Source: Callorhinchus milii (Eukaryota). Taken from it: 64,000 bases of DNA. Every line of letters begins with the position of its first letter. Positions within the stretch are counted from its first letter, which is position 1. A program made the translations under genes and the position numbers. Where the stretch lies: assembly GCF_018977255.1 (NCBI RefSeq), contig NW_024704742.1, positions 77,626,001 through 77,690,000 of the forward strand, written 5' to 3'. The notes beneath the pieces are model-generated. The model was not told where the DNA came from and made no database searches. It saw only the letters and a list, made by a program, of their open reading frames with translations. Of this stretch, positions 48,701-62,745 are shown one piece after another.

Positions 48701-50479
48701 CACTATGGTATCCAGGTATTTGGAATTTGTTCCTAGCCAGACCAGGCCCAATACCAAAAAAAAGTTTTAAAAATTTCATGTGTCCACGTGCATGTAGATT
48801 CCACCAGCCCACACTCCTAGCTCACGTCAATGCTGCACTGAGCAGCCTCATCATCCTCATCCACGCTGCCCTCATAGGGGCCACGGATATCGACTTTGAC
48901 TCCGATTGTTTAAATCCCATGAGCAAAGGGTAGATCGTTTGCTATTTTCTGCTTGCGAGCCTTAAACAGTTCCAATGCCCCTACCAGCAATTACCAGTAA
49001 TTTTCAAAATGCAGGTTTCGGCATTGTAATTACACTTTGCTTCTTAAATTCTTAAAATCTCCCTTTAGTCCAGCTAGACAGAGTTTAAGTGTATATCCTG
49101 TGAAACGCTTTGAGACGTCCCCTCCCAAAGTGAAAGGCACTATAGCAAATGTAAGGATTATTATTATCGTGGATTCTCTTCTACCCCCTTCCCAGCTGTA
49201 GAGATTCATCAATAACAAGTGGTAACTCTGTGGTTAACATATGATAATGCCCACACATAAAGTTTAGTTAGTGGCATGTAAACACCGGAATGTATCAAGT
49301 GATAAGCTGCATTCAATTTCTGAGAAATAATATGGTCAGTGTTCATTTTAGACTGGGACCAGCAGCAGCAGAGCACAGTAAAGTCCTGCTTTATACTTCA
49401 GAGCACGCTCGGGAAGTTAGGATCCACCAACGCATTCCACAGTGTCATCTTTATGAGCTTGAACAGCTGCATTCTTTTGTTTTCATCAGTCCATAGCTCC
49501 TCTTAAAGAGTGGTGTGAAGGACTTGGAAAGGACTTCCCCTCCTCAGAACTGAGAAAAATAACGGCTGTGGCTGAGCTGGAGATGTAGTTGAGGAGGAGA
49601 GAGAGAATAAAGAATAAAGAATAAAGAAATAAGAAAATTTATTTTTTTTCCCCAGGTGTTGAGACTGTGTTCATAAAGTGACAAGTTGTAAAGTTCAGAC
49701 TTTGACCATAAATATTCTGCAGTAAAACTATTTTTTTAACCAAATGATGATAACAAAGAGCACTTTTTATTGTATACAAATGAATTGTAAATTCAGTGCT
49801 GATTTGGGGTTAGCTTTGCTTCAGAGGAAGGCTCATATTTCAGAAATAGATTGTTCAATTTATAGCACACTGTTGTAATAGGAAGACAACATCTTTGCTT
49901 AATCCCCCACCCTACTTAATACACCATAAATGAGGAAAATACTTGCACTCAATAACATTAGAAATCCTTCAGTATATTTCCGTGAGTGTGAAATTAACAG
50001 ATATTGCAAGTAATGAACTTAAACTAAATAAGATATCTTTATTTGCTGTGAGTAGCACTCTGTGGAGAACCGTGGGAGAATGAATGGATTCCCCAGCGAG
50101 GAAGCCCTTTATAAATCACTTATGATTTCATCATTCATAAGTTATTAGCTCATCCCAATTGTCTACATCAAGAATTTCTCTATTGAATTTTCTCCAATTG
50201 TCCACTTGTGACTCAGTTTTTCTCACTGTTTGGACACATTCACAGGAGACAATGCCCAGTTTTGACAGGCTTACCCCTCAGTGTGCTGACAATATTTTTC
50301 CAATCCGGCTGTTTTTTTCTCCAAGCCATAACGAAAGCTTGTGAAAAATATTTATTTTTACGTCCTGTAACAGGCTGATAACAGGCTATCCTGCTTCTTC
50401 CTCCCCTTCGTAAATATTTTCATTTTTGAAGATAGGCATACAATGAAATAAAACAGGTTTGAGTCGCAGTGAAATGAGG

Positions 50480-50778
50480 ACACACATTCAAAATAGTCTC
50501 TAAAAGAAGCAGAGGGGAGGTGAGAAGAAATTTTTTCACGGAGCGAGTTGTTCGAATCTGGAACGCATTGCCTGAAAGTATGGTCGAGGCCGATTCGATA
50601 ACTACTTTTAAAAACGCGGTGGACGGGCATTTGAGGAGGACGGGTTTGCAGGGTTATGGAGAAAGGGCTGGGGAGTGGGACTGACATGAATTGCTCTATT
50701 CAAAGACCCGGTACAAACTTGATCGGCCGAATGGCCTCTTTTTGTGCTGTATGATTATTGATTCTATGATTCTATGAT
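50480..50778 (+). mobile_element. CR1 3' end, same subfamily as 17889-19980
   Basis: Closely matches 19715-19980 (aaagaagcagagggg..cgagttgttcgaatctgg..); gattctat repeats. Confidence 0.92.
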
Positions 50779-51479
50779 AGGAGGCTGCCAGGTTTCCTTT
50801 GCTAATAGGCTATTCCAACTGTCTTGCAGATGTTAGTTTACATACAAAGTTATAAAGTGTAATACAACATAATAAAATATAAAAGTAAACACTGAGCTCT
50901 AATATGTATTGTATATTAGATAGTAGATGGACACTGTATGTATTATCTGATGTATGGAGTGGGAAGGCGTAACTGGGATCTCCTTGGGGTTCAGCTGGCC
51001 TCAAAGTGATATGTCTGTTGATGAAACATCAGAATTTCAACTCTCTATGGGGGTCTCAGTAGTCCAGTTCCTGAGCCAGTCGAGCCACAAGAGCCACAGT
51101 CAGCCTAACATGTCAGCAACCATTGGAGGAGTAGACCAGTCACTAGGAACAAGGAATCTTCCCATTCTGCTCCCATTAACCTACATACACACGTTCTAAT
51201 GAGTAGGTTGGTCATAACTGGATAAGTAGTGGAAAGCTTGCCAGATACTGCTCTGAATAGCAAGCTTATGAGGATTTTGGTTACATGTCACTGGTACCCC
51301 AATACACATTCTGCATCCCCAAGCCTTGATTCTTGCCAACATGCTCCTTCAGTCCAGTGTGAAAGTTACGGCAATATATCACATTCCCATATCTTGTCCA
51401 GTTGCGAATGGACTGCATAAATTCTTATTACCGCAATTTCTCACTTTCTGTTTGCTTCATTTTCGAGCAAGAGAAAATG

Positions 51480-51877
51480 ATAATGATAATAATAATAATA
51501 ATAACAATCCTTGCTTTTGACATAGCATCTTTCACATCAGGCAGATGTCTCAAAGAAGTTCACAGGATTTTACTTTGAAGTGACTGTGTATTTCGTAGGC
51601 AAATGTGGCACACGTATTTTGCAAAGCAATGTCCCACAAACAGTCATGAATTGAAAGATCAAATTTATCTTTGGATTCATTGGCCAGGACACCCAGATAA
51701 TGTCATGGAATGTTTAATGTCCATCTAAAAAAGCAGAATGGATCTCATTTAATATCTCATCCGAAGGACATCACCTCCAACAATGCAGCATTCTCCCAAC
51801 ACTGTATTGGAGAGTTAGCCTAGACTATGAATTCAAAGCCCCAATGTTGGACTTGAACCCACAACTTTCTGACTCAG
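51480..51877 (-). mobile_element. SacSINE1-like SINE with (TTA)n tail
   Basis: Colinear with 26490-26815 plus tail. Confidence 0.8.
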
Positions 51878-52269
51878 TCCAGTAGAAGACATTATTAAGA
51901 GTACATGGTCTGTAGTTTTAATAGTATTCTTTTGCTATTCCTGCCAATACCACAATACTTCTGCCTTCACAATAGTCTCCTATTTTTTCTTGCTGGAAGT
52001 TTGAGTGAAAATACAACAATTACTGGCATAGTCCATGAAGTCAAGAGTTCACAATGTAACTTTCAGATTCCTGGCAAGTACTGAAGTGCTATTTGGCTCG
52101 CTGGGACTTAGCAGATAGTACAGGTGATCTTGGCTCTTCCTTGATACATCAGGAGAAATGTAAAGCACACGTCGTGGCCTCAAAGAAATCCTTGAACTGC
52201 ATGGGACATAATAATATTTAAATTATTAATGGAATGAGTGAAAATTTCAAGTTCACTTTAACCTAAAAT

Positions 52270-53238
52270 AAGCCACTTGAATCAGGGTGATCGAAAGCAT
52301 GATCGAAGAGGAGGGTTTTGAGATGGGTCTTGAAGGAGGCAAGGGAGGAGAGAGGTGAAGGGACTGCAGGATGGAGTTCCAGAGGATGGGGGCAGAGTGG
52401 CAGAAGGCCCCCCCCGCCAATGGTAGGGCGAGTGAGGCGAGGTATGTGAAGCAGGCCAGAGCCCGCTGAATGGAGAGAGTGGGCAGGATGGAAGGGGGTT
52501 AGGAGGTGGCAGAGGTAGGCAGGAGCAAGACCATAGAGGGCTTTGAAGGTGAGTATCAAGATATTCAACTTTATCCTTTGTGTGATGGGAAGCCAGTGGA
52601 GTTGGGCAAGGATGGGGGTGACAGGGTCATGACGCCAGTGCAGGAGAGGACATGGGCTGCAGAGTTCAGGATGATTTGCAGCCTGTGGAGGGAGGAGCTG
52701 GGGAGGCTGACAAGCAAGGAGTTTGCATAGTCAAGCCTCAATGTAATGAATGCATGTATGAGGGTTTCATTGACCTGCAGTGTGAGACAGTGGTGGAGCC
52801 GGGAGATGTGGAGGTGGGGGAAGGTAGAGGGGGTCATGGCACGGATGTGGGGTAGAAAGGATAGTTGAGGGTCAAACAAGACCCCAAGGTTCCGGACTGG
52901 GTTAGCAAGGTGGGGTGTGCAACCATGGATGGTGATGCTGTCAGCGCCTGAGGTGAGAGGGCGCTGATGGGATCCAATCAGGAGAGCCTCGGTCTTGTTG
53001 ACATTCAACTGAAGAAAGTTAGCTCTCATCCAGGACTGTCAGGATAGCAGTGGTCCTGGAGTTAAGGGTGGAGGCCGAGAGGTACAGTCGGGTGTCATCC
53101 GTATACATGTGGAAGTTGACCCCACATCTGGGGATGATGTCACCAAGAGGAACCATATAGATATTGAAGAGGAGGGGACCAAGGACAGAGCCCTGAGGAA
53201 TGCCGCACGAGATGGTGCAAGGGCTAGAGGAGAAACCA
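52270..53238 (-). mobile_element. L2 LINE fragment, RT pseudogene
   Basis: [45 protein letters not shown]; same family as 24167-25610. Confidence 0.93.
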
Positions 53239-56200
53239 TTTAATGTCTCATCTGAAGGACGACACCTCTGACAATGAAATATTCTCCCCAGCTGTCCACC
53301 AAATTGCCAGCCCAGACTATAAGTTCAAAGAACCCAAAACCTTCTGACTCAGAGGCAAGAGCGCTACCAGCTGAGCCAGGCTGCCACAGTTGATTTGACA
53401 TATTTTTGTATTTGATATAGTAGCTTTCATGTCAGGAGAACATCTTCATAGGATTTAATGTAAACTATTGTGACTGTGTATTTTGTCGTCAATTACTGTT
53501 TTCAATTCTAAGGATTCCTATCATTCAAAATAGAGGTCAGGTAGAGCGAAGAATCTTAGGGACTGAATTTGTAATGGAAAGATGTGTAAGATACATAAGG
53601 TGATCCCGCAAATTGCCTGCGTTCATTTTAAGGGTTCGAGATGAAATTGGGAAAAGTTCTCAAAGGTTTGATTGATCCGAGGAAGGAATACTGAATGGTG
53701 CTTTTCTAACTGCATGTGTACCTTCGCACACTGAAAGAGGTTGTTTGAAAGCAAGTGCAAATTTGTAACTTTGTTCTTGCAATATGAGTTTTGTAGTCAT
53801 GCCAAAGGTGTCTTCACCTGGCCTTGGTGCATGGCCTTGAGAGCTGTTTGAATTATTGGCTCTCTACCCTAACAGCCAGTGGACACAAAGGCACCTTAGG
53901 GAGGAATTGGAAACTGCGTTTTTGTCTGTCACTGCCCACAAAACAAGTATAGATAAGGACGTGCGCTTCACTTACAGTATCTCTCGTCTGGCTTCTAGAC
54001 TGTCCACTAAATTGGAAGACATACATTTTTTTGTGAAATTCAGATAGCCCTTGACAGATTTGTGCACTCCCACAACTCATCTGTTTGCACCTGCTCTACA
54101 TGAACAATAATGCATTCAGCTCTTTAACTAATTGAGAAGTTTCACCCAGAAATATAAATGCGAATGTGGCCTTGGTTTTCCGGCACAAAATACAAGGTCT
54201 CGACCTATATATTGAGAAGACTTTAAACTGGTTTAATATTCACCAAGTCACTTACAGAAAGCAGCATGTGTCCAAACTGTTGATTAAATCAGAGACAAAT
54301 GTATAAAGGACTTTTGCAATAGTTAATAATAAGTAAGTTAAAGTTACTTAGAAGTATGGTGGCACTGTTCAAAAAGAGAATGGAGTTTCTCCCGATGTCC
54401 TGGTTAATATCCCCTCAAATAAAATTGAACATTCACTTCATGGCTGTTTGTAGAACATTGGTGTGCACAAATTAGCTCTATGTTTGCCCATAAAACACAG
54501 TCACTTCACTCTACAGTATATCCTGTGAAGCGATTTGGGACATCCTTCCAATGTGAAAGGCGCTACACCAAATATAAGGATTATTATTATTTTACCGTGC
54601 ATGCAAACTCCTGTGAATGAATGAGCTGCAAGTAACCAGATACAAAAGAAACAGTAAAATAATTCAGCAGAGAGGGCCATTCAACCCATTATATCTGTTC
54701 TTCTGCTGCTCCAGTTTTCTAAGCCCCCCGTTTTATTGATCACACTTGCCGTGTTCTTTTTAATATTCCTTATTCTTTGTGTCTGTGACTGCGTTGGGAC
54801 ATCAAGTGGTCATCACACTATAGTAGACTCCTCCGGAGGCAACTCTTTGAACGTTATGGCTTGTGGGAGGCTGGGAATGCCAGCAAGTGGAAATTCCCCA
54901 GAGAAATAAGGTGAAAGGTGGAATGTGCTTGGCCGTATAGATTATCCAGAACTGTGGAGAATGTAAGATTAGGAGAATCTCGGTTAACCAGTGTGTAGGT
55001 GTAAGAGAGGATGGCGTGATGGGTGAAGTTGTGCAAATTCAGCATGGTCACCCAATAAACTGGAAATCATAGAACTTCCTGCCATGGAAGTGGTTGGCAT
55101 GAGGAATAGGTAGAAAAAAATGAAGATTTTTCTATTGTAAATACTAGCCTAAAAATAAATATTAAACAAAAAGTTTAAAAAAATTACAAGCCACTGAGAA
55201 CACAAGTCACAAATACTTTTTTGTTCTTTCTCCTTAGTCAGCAAGTCCCATAAAGTGCATGAGGGTTTTGAAAACCATAATACTGTTGAGGGAGCACTGT
55301 AAATAACTCACTCATGCACTGTCCACAGAATGATTCCCTAGAAGACCATGTAAGCATACAAAAATGAGATCCTATATTTTTTGGAGTTAAAAAAGTGGTA
55401 TACAATCTGTAAAACATTGCAAGCTGTATACATTAATTATATTGGTTGCATTACAAGAGGCAGGAGATTAATTATTTGAAAGAGTAAGTGTAATTAAACT
55501 CATAAATTAAGCCAATTGCCCTTAGTTCTAATTTAATCAAAGCTCACCCATTAAAATACATAACCTCCTGCCTTTCTAATGGAATAATGGAAGAGCTCTG
55601 TTAAATGATTCCGAGGAAACAGCCTATCAAGAACATTGGAGTCAGCAAGTTCTAGGTAGCACAGCATTTTTCCATCTGCTGCTTTTCGCAACATATAAAT
55701 TGCCAGGTTTGGGGTACTTGATTGGTTAGTACCTCGGTGCCTTTTGACAAGTTAATTGACCCATGCTTGCATGTGCGTTGCAGGACTGTCCTCAAAATTA
55801 CACAATGAACAAACAGCAGCCTACAGTTTAAACTTCAGCACAATGGCTGATCAGAACTGGGACTACAGCACCATTCACACAATCAGCCGTAAAAAAAGTG
55901 TCAGACTAAATCCACTTCCACTTTCTGGCAGTTTTTTAAAATTCTGAGCTATGTTTGAAAAAAACTTACAGTTATTGAGTGTGCGGGGTACGAGTCTGGT
56001 TTGATCTAAGTTAAAAAAGCAACATTTGTTTTTCACAGCAGATATCTAACTTAGCATTAGTACTATAGGATCCTCTGAGATACATTTATAGGGAGTGCTT
56101 TTTAAGGGCATGTTTTCTGTGCACTGTAGAAAAGATAGAGGTAATAAAATAACAAATCAGTTGTTGAGTTCCAATTTTCCATTTTGTTTTGCATGAATGT

Positions 56201-57897
56201 AAAGGGGTGTTTCCCTTCACTGGAGAATTTACAGATGGTCTGTCAGTTCCTGGAGCAGCCTTGCTCTGAAGATAAAGATATAACTCTGCCATGTGGGCCA
56301 CAAGGGGAAGTTTTCTCCATAACAGATGCTACATCTACTGCATTGAAAACTTGGTGTCGGCTTTGATGTTTAATAATGTATGTAAAATCTAAAACATTTA
56401 GCAGCACAGCCGAGTCCTGATGAAATGACATTAGTGATAGTACTTTCATGCTACATTCTGGTTACAGATCTGCGGGACTGCCTCACAAAGCACTGGTACA
56501 CAATGCTCTTTAATGTTATGCAAGTCACTGTAGTTTTGATATACTGTACTTGCATAAACTCACAACAGTCTTGCACTATTTACTTTGCACTGTCTCTGAA
56601 GAATTTGGGCACCACAGAAAAGTACTTGGCAGAGATTGTTTACACATAACAATGATAATCCTTGCATTTGATGTTGTGTATTATACATTATCAAAACATG
56701 TCAAAGGGCTTCAAAAGATTTTTACTGTAGAATGTAGTAATTGGATTTTTAGGCAAATGCAGTAAGGAGTTTGCACACAGTTATGTCCCATAAACTACCA
56801 TAAAATGAATACCATTATTTTTTGGAGGATTGCTGGCCAGTACTGTCGAGAGAAACTCTGTTCTCTTTTTGAGTAGTTCAATCAATCTTTATCGTCCACC
56901 AGAACATGCAAATGAGGCCTTAATTTAACGTCTTATCCAAGTGATGTTATCAGCCATGTGCGTTTCCTATCAAGCTCTCTTTGTAGGACTTTTATGCCTC
57001 CTCTGATTCCACAGTTCCCCAAACTTGATGTCATCTGCAGATTTAATAATCTTACACTGAGTCTCCAAATTCAGTTTATTAATATATACAAGGAACAGGA
57101 GAGGCCCAAAACAGAACATATCATTGACTTGATGTTATATCTGTGCTCACTGTTCAAAGCCCTTTGAAAACTATAATGTTATCAAAAAAAGAAAGCTTCA
57201 AGTGAGTCTGACAGGTCCCTTAGAGTCAATGACAGCCCTTTAAGAGAACTGTGGAGGAGTGCAATTCACTTCAGATGGTATAAAACAGTGACATATGGAG
57301 AATGAAATCCACTCAACACTGAAGCTCTTACAGAGGAGTTCAACTTGCAGAAAAACTACAGATGGCTTCATCCCCCTCATCCCTTCAATTTGAGATAACG
57401 TCCTGATTCGGCAACAACATTAATTGCTTCTTTCTGTGTAGGAGCAAGGAATTCAGATCTGTTATCCAGTACAAAGCAAAGGCATTATTTTTTGCTAGCA
57501 TTAATTAAAAAAAATTCAGGCCACTCTGCTTAATGTTGGAACCTATTTCCTCACCCAGACACCATACATGTTTCCAAATCTGTTGGAATAATTTATTGAA
57601 CAGCCATGCAACATTCAATAGTTCTCTTTTAGTTTGAAGCTTTGGGTTATGTTGGCACCTATAATAATAATAATAATAATCCTTGCATTGATATAGAGCC
57701 TTATCACGTCCTCGAGACGTCACAAAGCGCTTCACAGAATATACTATAAAGTGAACCGACTGTATACTTTGTAGACTGTATTCTTTGTAACTCCTCCAGT
57801 TAAACCTTCTGCTGACAGAGTACTTGCCTTGTGATACTTGCTTTCCTTGCAAGCAAGTATCACATTCCTTAACTCTACGTTATGGGTTCTGTTCAGC

Positions 57898-58126
57898 CCA
57901 ATGAACTGGCAGTAAAGATGGGAAAAGCGGTAGGCAATCGCTGGCCAATTAGGATGAAGCCAGGAGCCCCTCCAACTAGGTTCTTCACCTTGGCCAATCA
58001 GGGGTGAAATCATGCCCAGGCACTGGCCAATCAGGATGAAGTTAGATCGTGTTGTTGACCAATCAGTGTGAGGTCAAGGCAGTCATTAGCAAATCAAGTC
58101 CCTCCGAGTCCTGCAAACAAGATTGG
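57898..58126 (+). promoter_or_regulatory. CCAAT-box (NF-Y type) array
   Basis: CCAAT at 57898, 57945, 57994, 58027, 58059 (three as RRCCAATCAG) and ATTGG at 58122. Confidence 0.5.
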
Positions 58127-61099
58127 TCAGTCATAAGCATTGCTGTGGAGTACAGAGGACCAACCTGGCTCAGGTCCAACACAGATTGACTTCATTCTAA
58201 TTTTCCATTTGAAGACACTGCATCAAATGCAAGCATTATTATGATTATGATTACTATTATTTTGACTCATCTTGTGATAAGGTGCTCTACCAAATGCAAA
58301 GATTATTATGATATATTATTATAGTGTTACATTATACTTATTCATTACTCATATTCAGGATTCTATGATATTTCTCTCCAAAATGTTCCCTCTTCACTCC
58401 TGAAGGCACCAACTCATGCTGAAGTAGATTTCAGCACGCTCAGCTTAACAATAGTAATAATCATAATACATATTTACATTAATATAGTGCCTTTCACATC
58501 ATAAGAATGTCCCAAGTTTCTTAACAATCCTCGTTTGGCACCTGAGCTGGGAGTGGGAGGTGGAGATGTTGAAAGATGTCTGAAAGTGTAGTCAAAGAGG
58601 TTGGTCTCAAGATGGATTTTGAACAACATGATCTGTTTTTGTTTTGCTTCCATTGGAGGTTATTGACAGGTTTTAGGGGTTAGCCTGGTGTATTACACAT
58701 GCAGAAACCCATCACCATGCTCAAGAGTATCCAAACCAAACTGAGAATTCCATGCATCCCACCATCACATGGAAAACCCAGAGATAGATTGTTGGATTGG
58801 AATGCGCTCTCTCTCCTTCGAGGGACACTTCCTGTTTACTTAGGAGAATGCACCATCTACAAATCCTTCAGGGTGATACTGCGGTAACTAGAACTCTACA
58901 AGGTTACCTTTTAGCTTGAGACCTCTCTGACTGCAATCACATTAGGGATCTCTTTTGCTTTCAGTCTGTTGAAGTTGCCTCATAATTGAGATTGGATTGG
59001 ATTTTCCAAGTGTCTTATTAGAAATTGGGCAGTATTCTTCAGACATTCATCCAGGATTGTTCATTATTCTGATTAAATCGAGGTCTGATTTGTAGCGTTT
59101 AACAGACAACTGTTAAGTGAAGGAGATCTCAAATTGTGTGACTGGAAATCCCATTAATTACCACAATTATAAGTATGTTTAATTATAAGTATGTTTCAAT
59201 TTCACACTAGTCAGGTCACAGAACCTACTTGTAAACACTCTCCCTCAAACAAACCACTTGAATATAACGTCACCCAATGTCCCAGAAGTGTGTGCACGGT
59301 ACTGAGGACTCTCGTGTCTGGGTTTCAGTCCAGGATCATTTTCAGAATATTGCCAAAAGCTGATTGAGTCTAAAGTCATGCTTCCATATCCAAACTGAAG
59401 TTATACTGTATTCAATAGAAAAAGTGGTCACACAATTGCCCCTTCTTTTCTCAGTGAACATACAATCAGTTGATAACTAGCATTTAAGTCATATCTTGCT
59501 ATATTCTTAACAACTTTGAGAATTCAGATTTCACCAGCCCTTACATGTGCCAATTTTAGTCTCTGTAGTATTGGATCATTACAAGAATTGTATACCACAG
59601 TATGTTCCCATTCTTGGTAAATGATGGATGTGAACAGCTCTAGGCCATAAATTCAAACCATGCGAAGAAGAACACATTTTTCACAGAAGGTCTCCATTTG
59701 TACCAAGAATTTTTTTGAAATGGTTACTATCATCCGTGAAAAAAAGAGGGCGGAGCACACACTGAACGATCTCATGGGAATTGTACACTTATTGAGTGAG
59801 CGCATGTGTAATGTGGATAACCAATATTGCTGTGGTGTGCTGTCATTTTGAGCTGAGCCATACTAAAGTTCACAGTAGAGTAGACAATCTCTGATGTAAA
59901 ATATCTTAATGCAGCTTTTGCAACAACTGCAGGAGTGATAGTTAATTAGCCTCTGGTAATCTGTGTTGAGGATACAGGAAGTGCACTTAAATTGTCCTGT
60001 CTAGAAAATCTCCCATTTATCCATGCCAAATGTCTGATAGCCTGTTATCTTTTGAGGGTTAATGCACTTAGAATTTGTTTTTAAAATCTACCACTTAGCA
60101 AAGTTAAATGTATGTTCGGCTGTTTGCTTAATGTGGAAATGTAGACATTTAGACATTTCTCAGTGTGACCTACTGCAAGGATACAGCCGTAAGATTTACT
60201 GTACTATGAAATGGCTTCCACTAGCCATTGTACTCTTGATGTGGTTGCATTTAATCACTTGTGAGATAATAATTTTGGATGTGGACTTGAGAATCAATAA
60301 AGTGAGCTTGCTTCGTGGCCTGTGAAGAATGCTGAGATGGACCCAGCAGCTGCAGCTGTATTTGTTACAGCAGCTGGAACGAAGTCTCCATGCTCCTTTC
60401 AACAAGTTCAATATAAAAAAAACTCGCTCAGCCACACGTCTGAAGTTCCAGACATTATTATCTCTGCTCCCTCTGACAGAAAATAAGGGTTCATGCAGCA
60501 TCACAGATAACAGTAACACCTCTGCCGCAAACTGAGACAAATTTAAATATTATGACCACACAGTACAACTGTTAATGAAACTAAACCAATACAGAAGATC
60601 CTCATGTAACATTCTTATTACACTTTACTCTACAGTAATATTTATTGTATGAGGAGGCATCTGATGAAATTCTGTGGATACTTTTTTTTGATCAAGATTT
60701 CGCCGACAAGATACACAGTCACATCACTTCATAGAATATCCAGTGAAGCACTTTGAGATTCTCAATGACGTAATAAGGGGCTATAACAACAACAAGAGCA
60801 ACAACAACTTGCAATGACATAGTCCGCTTCACGCAGCGCAGCGTCTTAGAGCGCTTAAGAGTGGTGGAGCCCGATGCCGAGCTGGGGGAGGCAATGAGAC
60901 AAATGCAAAGATTATTATTATTATGTAGGTAGCATCAATCTCTTCAATGGTTTTCCAATGTCACTTTCGATTTTGCGTTTCCAAGTCTCAAGTTTTGTTT
61001 CTCTTTCTCCCCCCCAAACACTCTTGATGGCAGTCACTCATTCTGAGGGTAGGGTTTCACCATTATTTAATTCACTAGTATCTCAGTGGCCATATTTTA

Positions 61100-61320
61100 T
61101 CTCCAAACCTAGACAGCAAGCATTGGTGAGTTATTTGACTGAGAGTGGGAGCCATCACAACTGAATCTGATCCTGTCTCACCCATTATCCATATGTCCAG
61201 TAGGAAACACCAGATAATGATTAAGAGTGGAAATTCTGGCTGATTTTCTCATCCTCCCTTTCAGTATCCCAGGAGTATTGAGGACATGCATTGTGCTCAT
61301 ACAACTGAAATGTTAGTCGA
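61100..61320 (-). mobile_element. Ancient SINE relic, AmnSINE2-like (name from recall)
   Basis: catcacaactgaatctgatcctgtctcaccc..gagtggaaattctggctgattttct..cccaggagtattgaggac. Confidence 0.45.
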
Positions 61321-61324
61321 TGTC

Positions 61325-61600
61325 CTCACTTACTTAGTAGTAAGTAGGAAACCAATTCTTAGTCAATTGATGGATCGCTTTCTGAGAGTAATAATCCCTC
61401 AAAAAAAAAGATTTGGTCACTCACTCTACGACTGTTTGTGGGACATTGCTGTGCACAATTGTCCGCTGTGTTTCGCCCACAAAATAAACAGTCAATCAAT
61501 CCACTTTATATTCTGTGAAGCGCTTTGAGATGTCTCAATGACACAATAACGCACTATATCAAATGTATGGATTATTATTAGTAGTAGTAGTATTATTATT
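61325..61600 (+). mobile_element. DeuSINE-type SINE, long variant, 5'-truncated
   Basis: tagtaagtaggaaacc..tgtttgtgggacattgctgtgcacaattg..attattattagtagtag tail. Confidence 0.85.
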
Positions 61601-62557
61601 AAATGAGCCAAATAACACACACCAAAACAACTTGCATTTATATAGCACCCTTCACATGGGGTAGCGATCATAGTTCAAAACATGGTACCTTACATACAAC
61701 AACAAACAGTTCAACAAATGGTACCGTACATACTGAACTAATATTAACCTGCTTTATTTGATGTGACACTGAGCCTTTTTTTTGTTTGTTTGGAGAAATC
61801 CTTCTTAGATTTAACTAACAGTCATTGAAGACTTAAAAACAAAGCTGGAAAATGTGTCTGGAATTGCCCTTGGTAAGGCTAGTAAAGAGTGATCTCTGTT
61901 CTTGGAAGCAGATGAACTAAATAAAATTCCCCTGTCAACTTAATGTTACCTCAGTGTCTGTCTCCATACCAGCTGCCTGAAATGGAAGCTTACAGAGGGG
62001 CCCTGTAAATGGAGAATATTAAGAAAACACCAACTGCAAAAAAAATACTAGAGGCCAGGGAGCAACTCCATGGGTAAGTGCCTATCAGTAAAAGTAAATA
62101 ATGAAAGCAGAATGTTGTGACCCTAAAACTGACTATTACCAGTGGTTCATACGTTCACAAAATGCATTCAGACCTGAGACTGCTTCCTGAACTATAGTTG
62201 AACTTGACCTCAATGTTCACTGTTACTTCAGATTGCTACCATGATCTGAAATTGATTGTGTGCGCAGGCTGGATGCTCCCCAATAAAGCTGTCTCTGGAA
62301 ACTATACAAAAACCACGTTAGATTCAGGGATATATTAAAGAAAGAGTCTTTTATAAGGTTTCTTGATTATAGAGGGCCGTGCAGGAAATGGTGCACATTA
62401 CATAAAGATTTTCAGCACAGAAGGAGGTTATTTCATCAATCGTGTCTGTGCTTTGTTGACACAATTGTGATGCATGGGAAAGTTTTCAATAAGAAGATTA
62501 AACTTTACTTTGGGTGAACTATTATTTTGCACGAATGGAAATACTTTAAGCAAGTCT

Positions 62558-62745
62558 GCAGTGGATTATCATGCTGTCCATTTCACCTCTGGTATCTAGA
62601 TTCAAATCCAACCCAAATTCATTTGGTTGAAAATTTCTCTTTAAATGGATCTAGAATGATATCTTAACACAGCCTACAGAATTTAAATGAGTTTCAACAG
62701 GCTTAAGCCTAAATATGTTTCAGGTGTCCCAAACTGGGCTTTTAG
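62558..62745 (+). mobile_element. Ancient SINE relic, LF-SINE-like head (name from recall)
   Basis: cagtggatta..tttcacctctgg..ttcaaatccaacccaaa..aaatgagttt..caggtgtcc; related minus-strand head at ~35790-35890. Confidence 0.45.

Noticed and set aside
53856..54047. 63-aa protein-like ORF
   Set aside because: No ATG, no convincing + strand splice sites, no recognised homology.
55834..55854. REST/NRSE site ttcagcacaatggctg
   Set aside because: Only the left half matches; the GGACAG half is absent.
56190..56225. Ankyrin-like KGNTPLH on the minus strand
   Set aside because: Isolated heptapeptide without the following ankyrin helix pattern.
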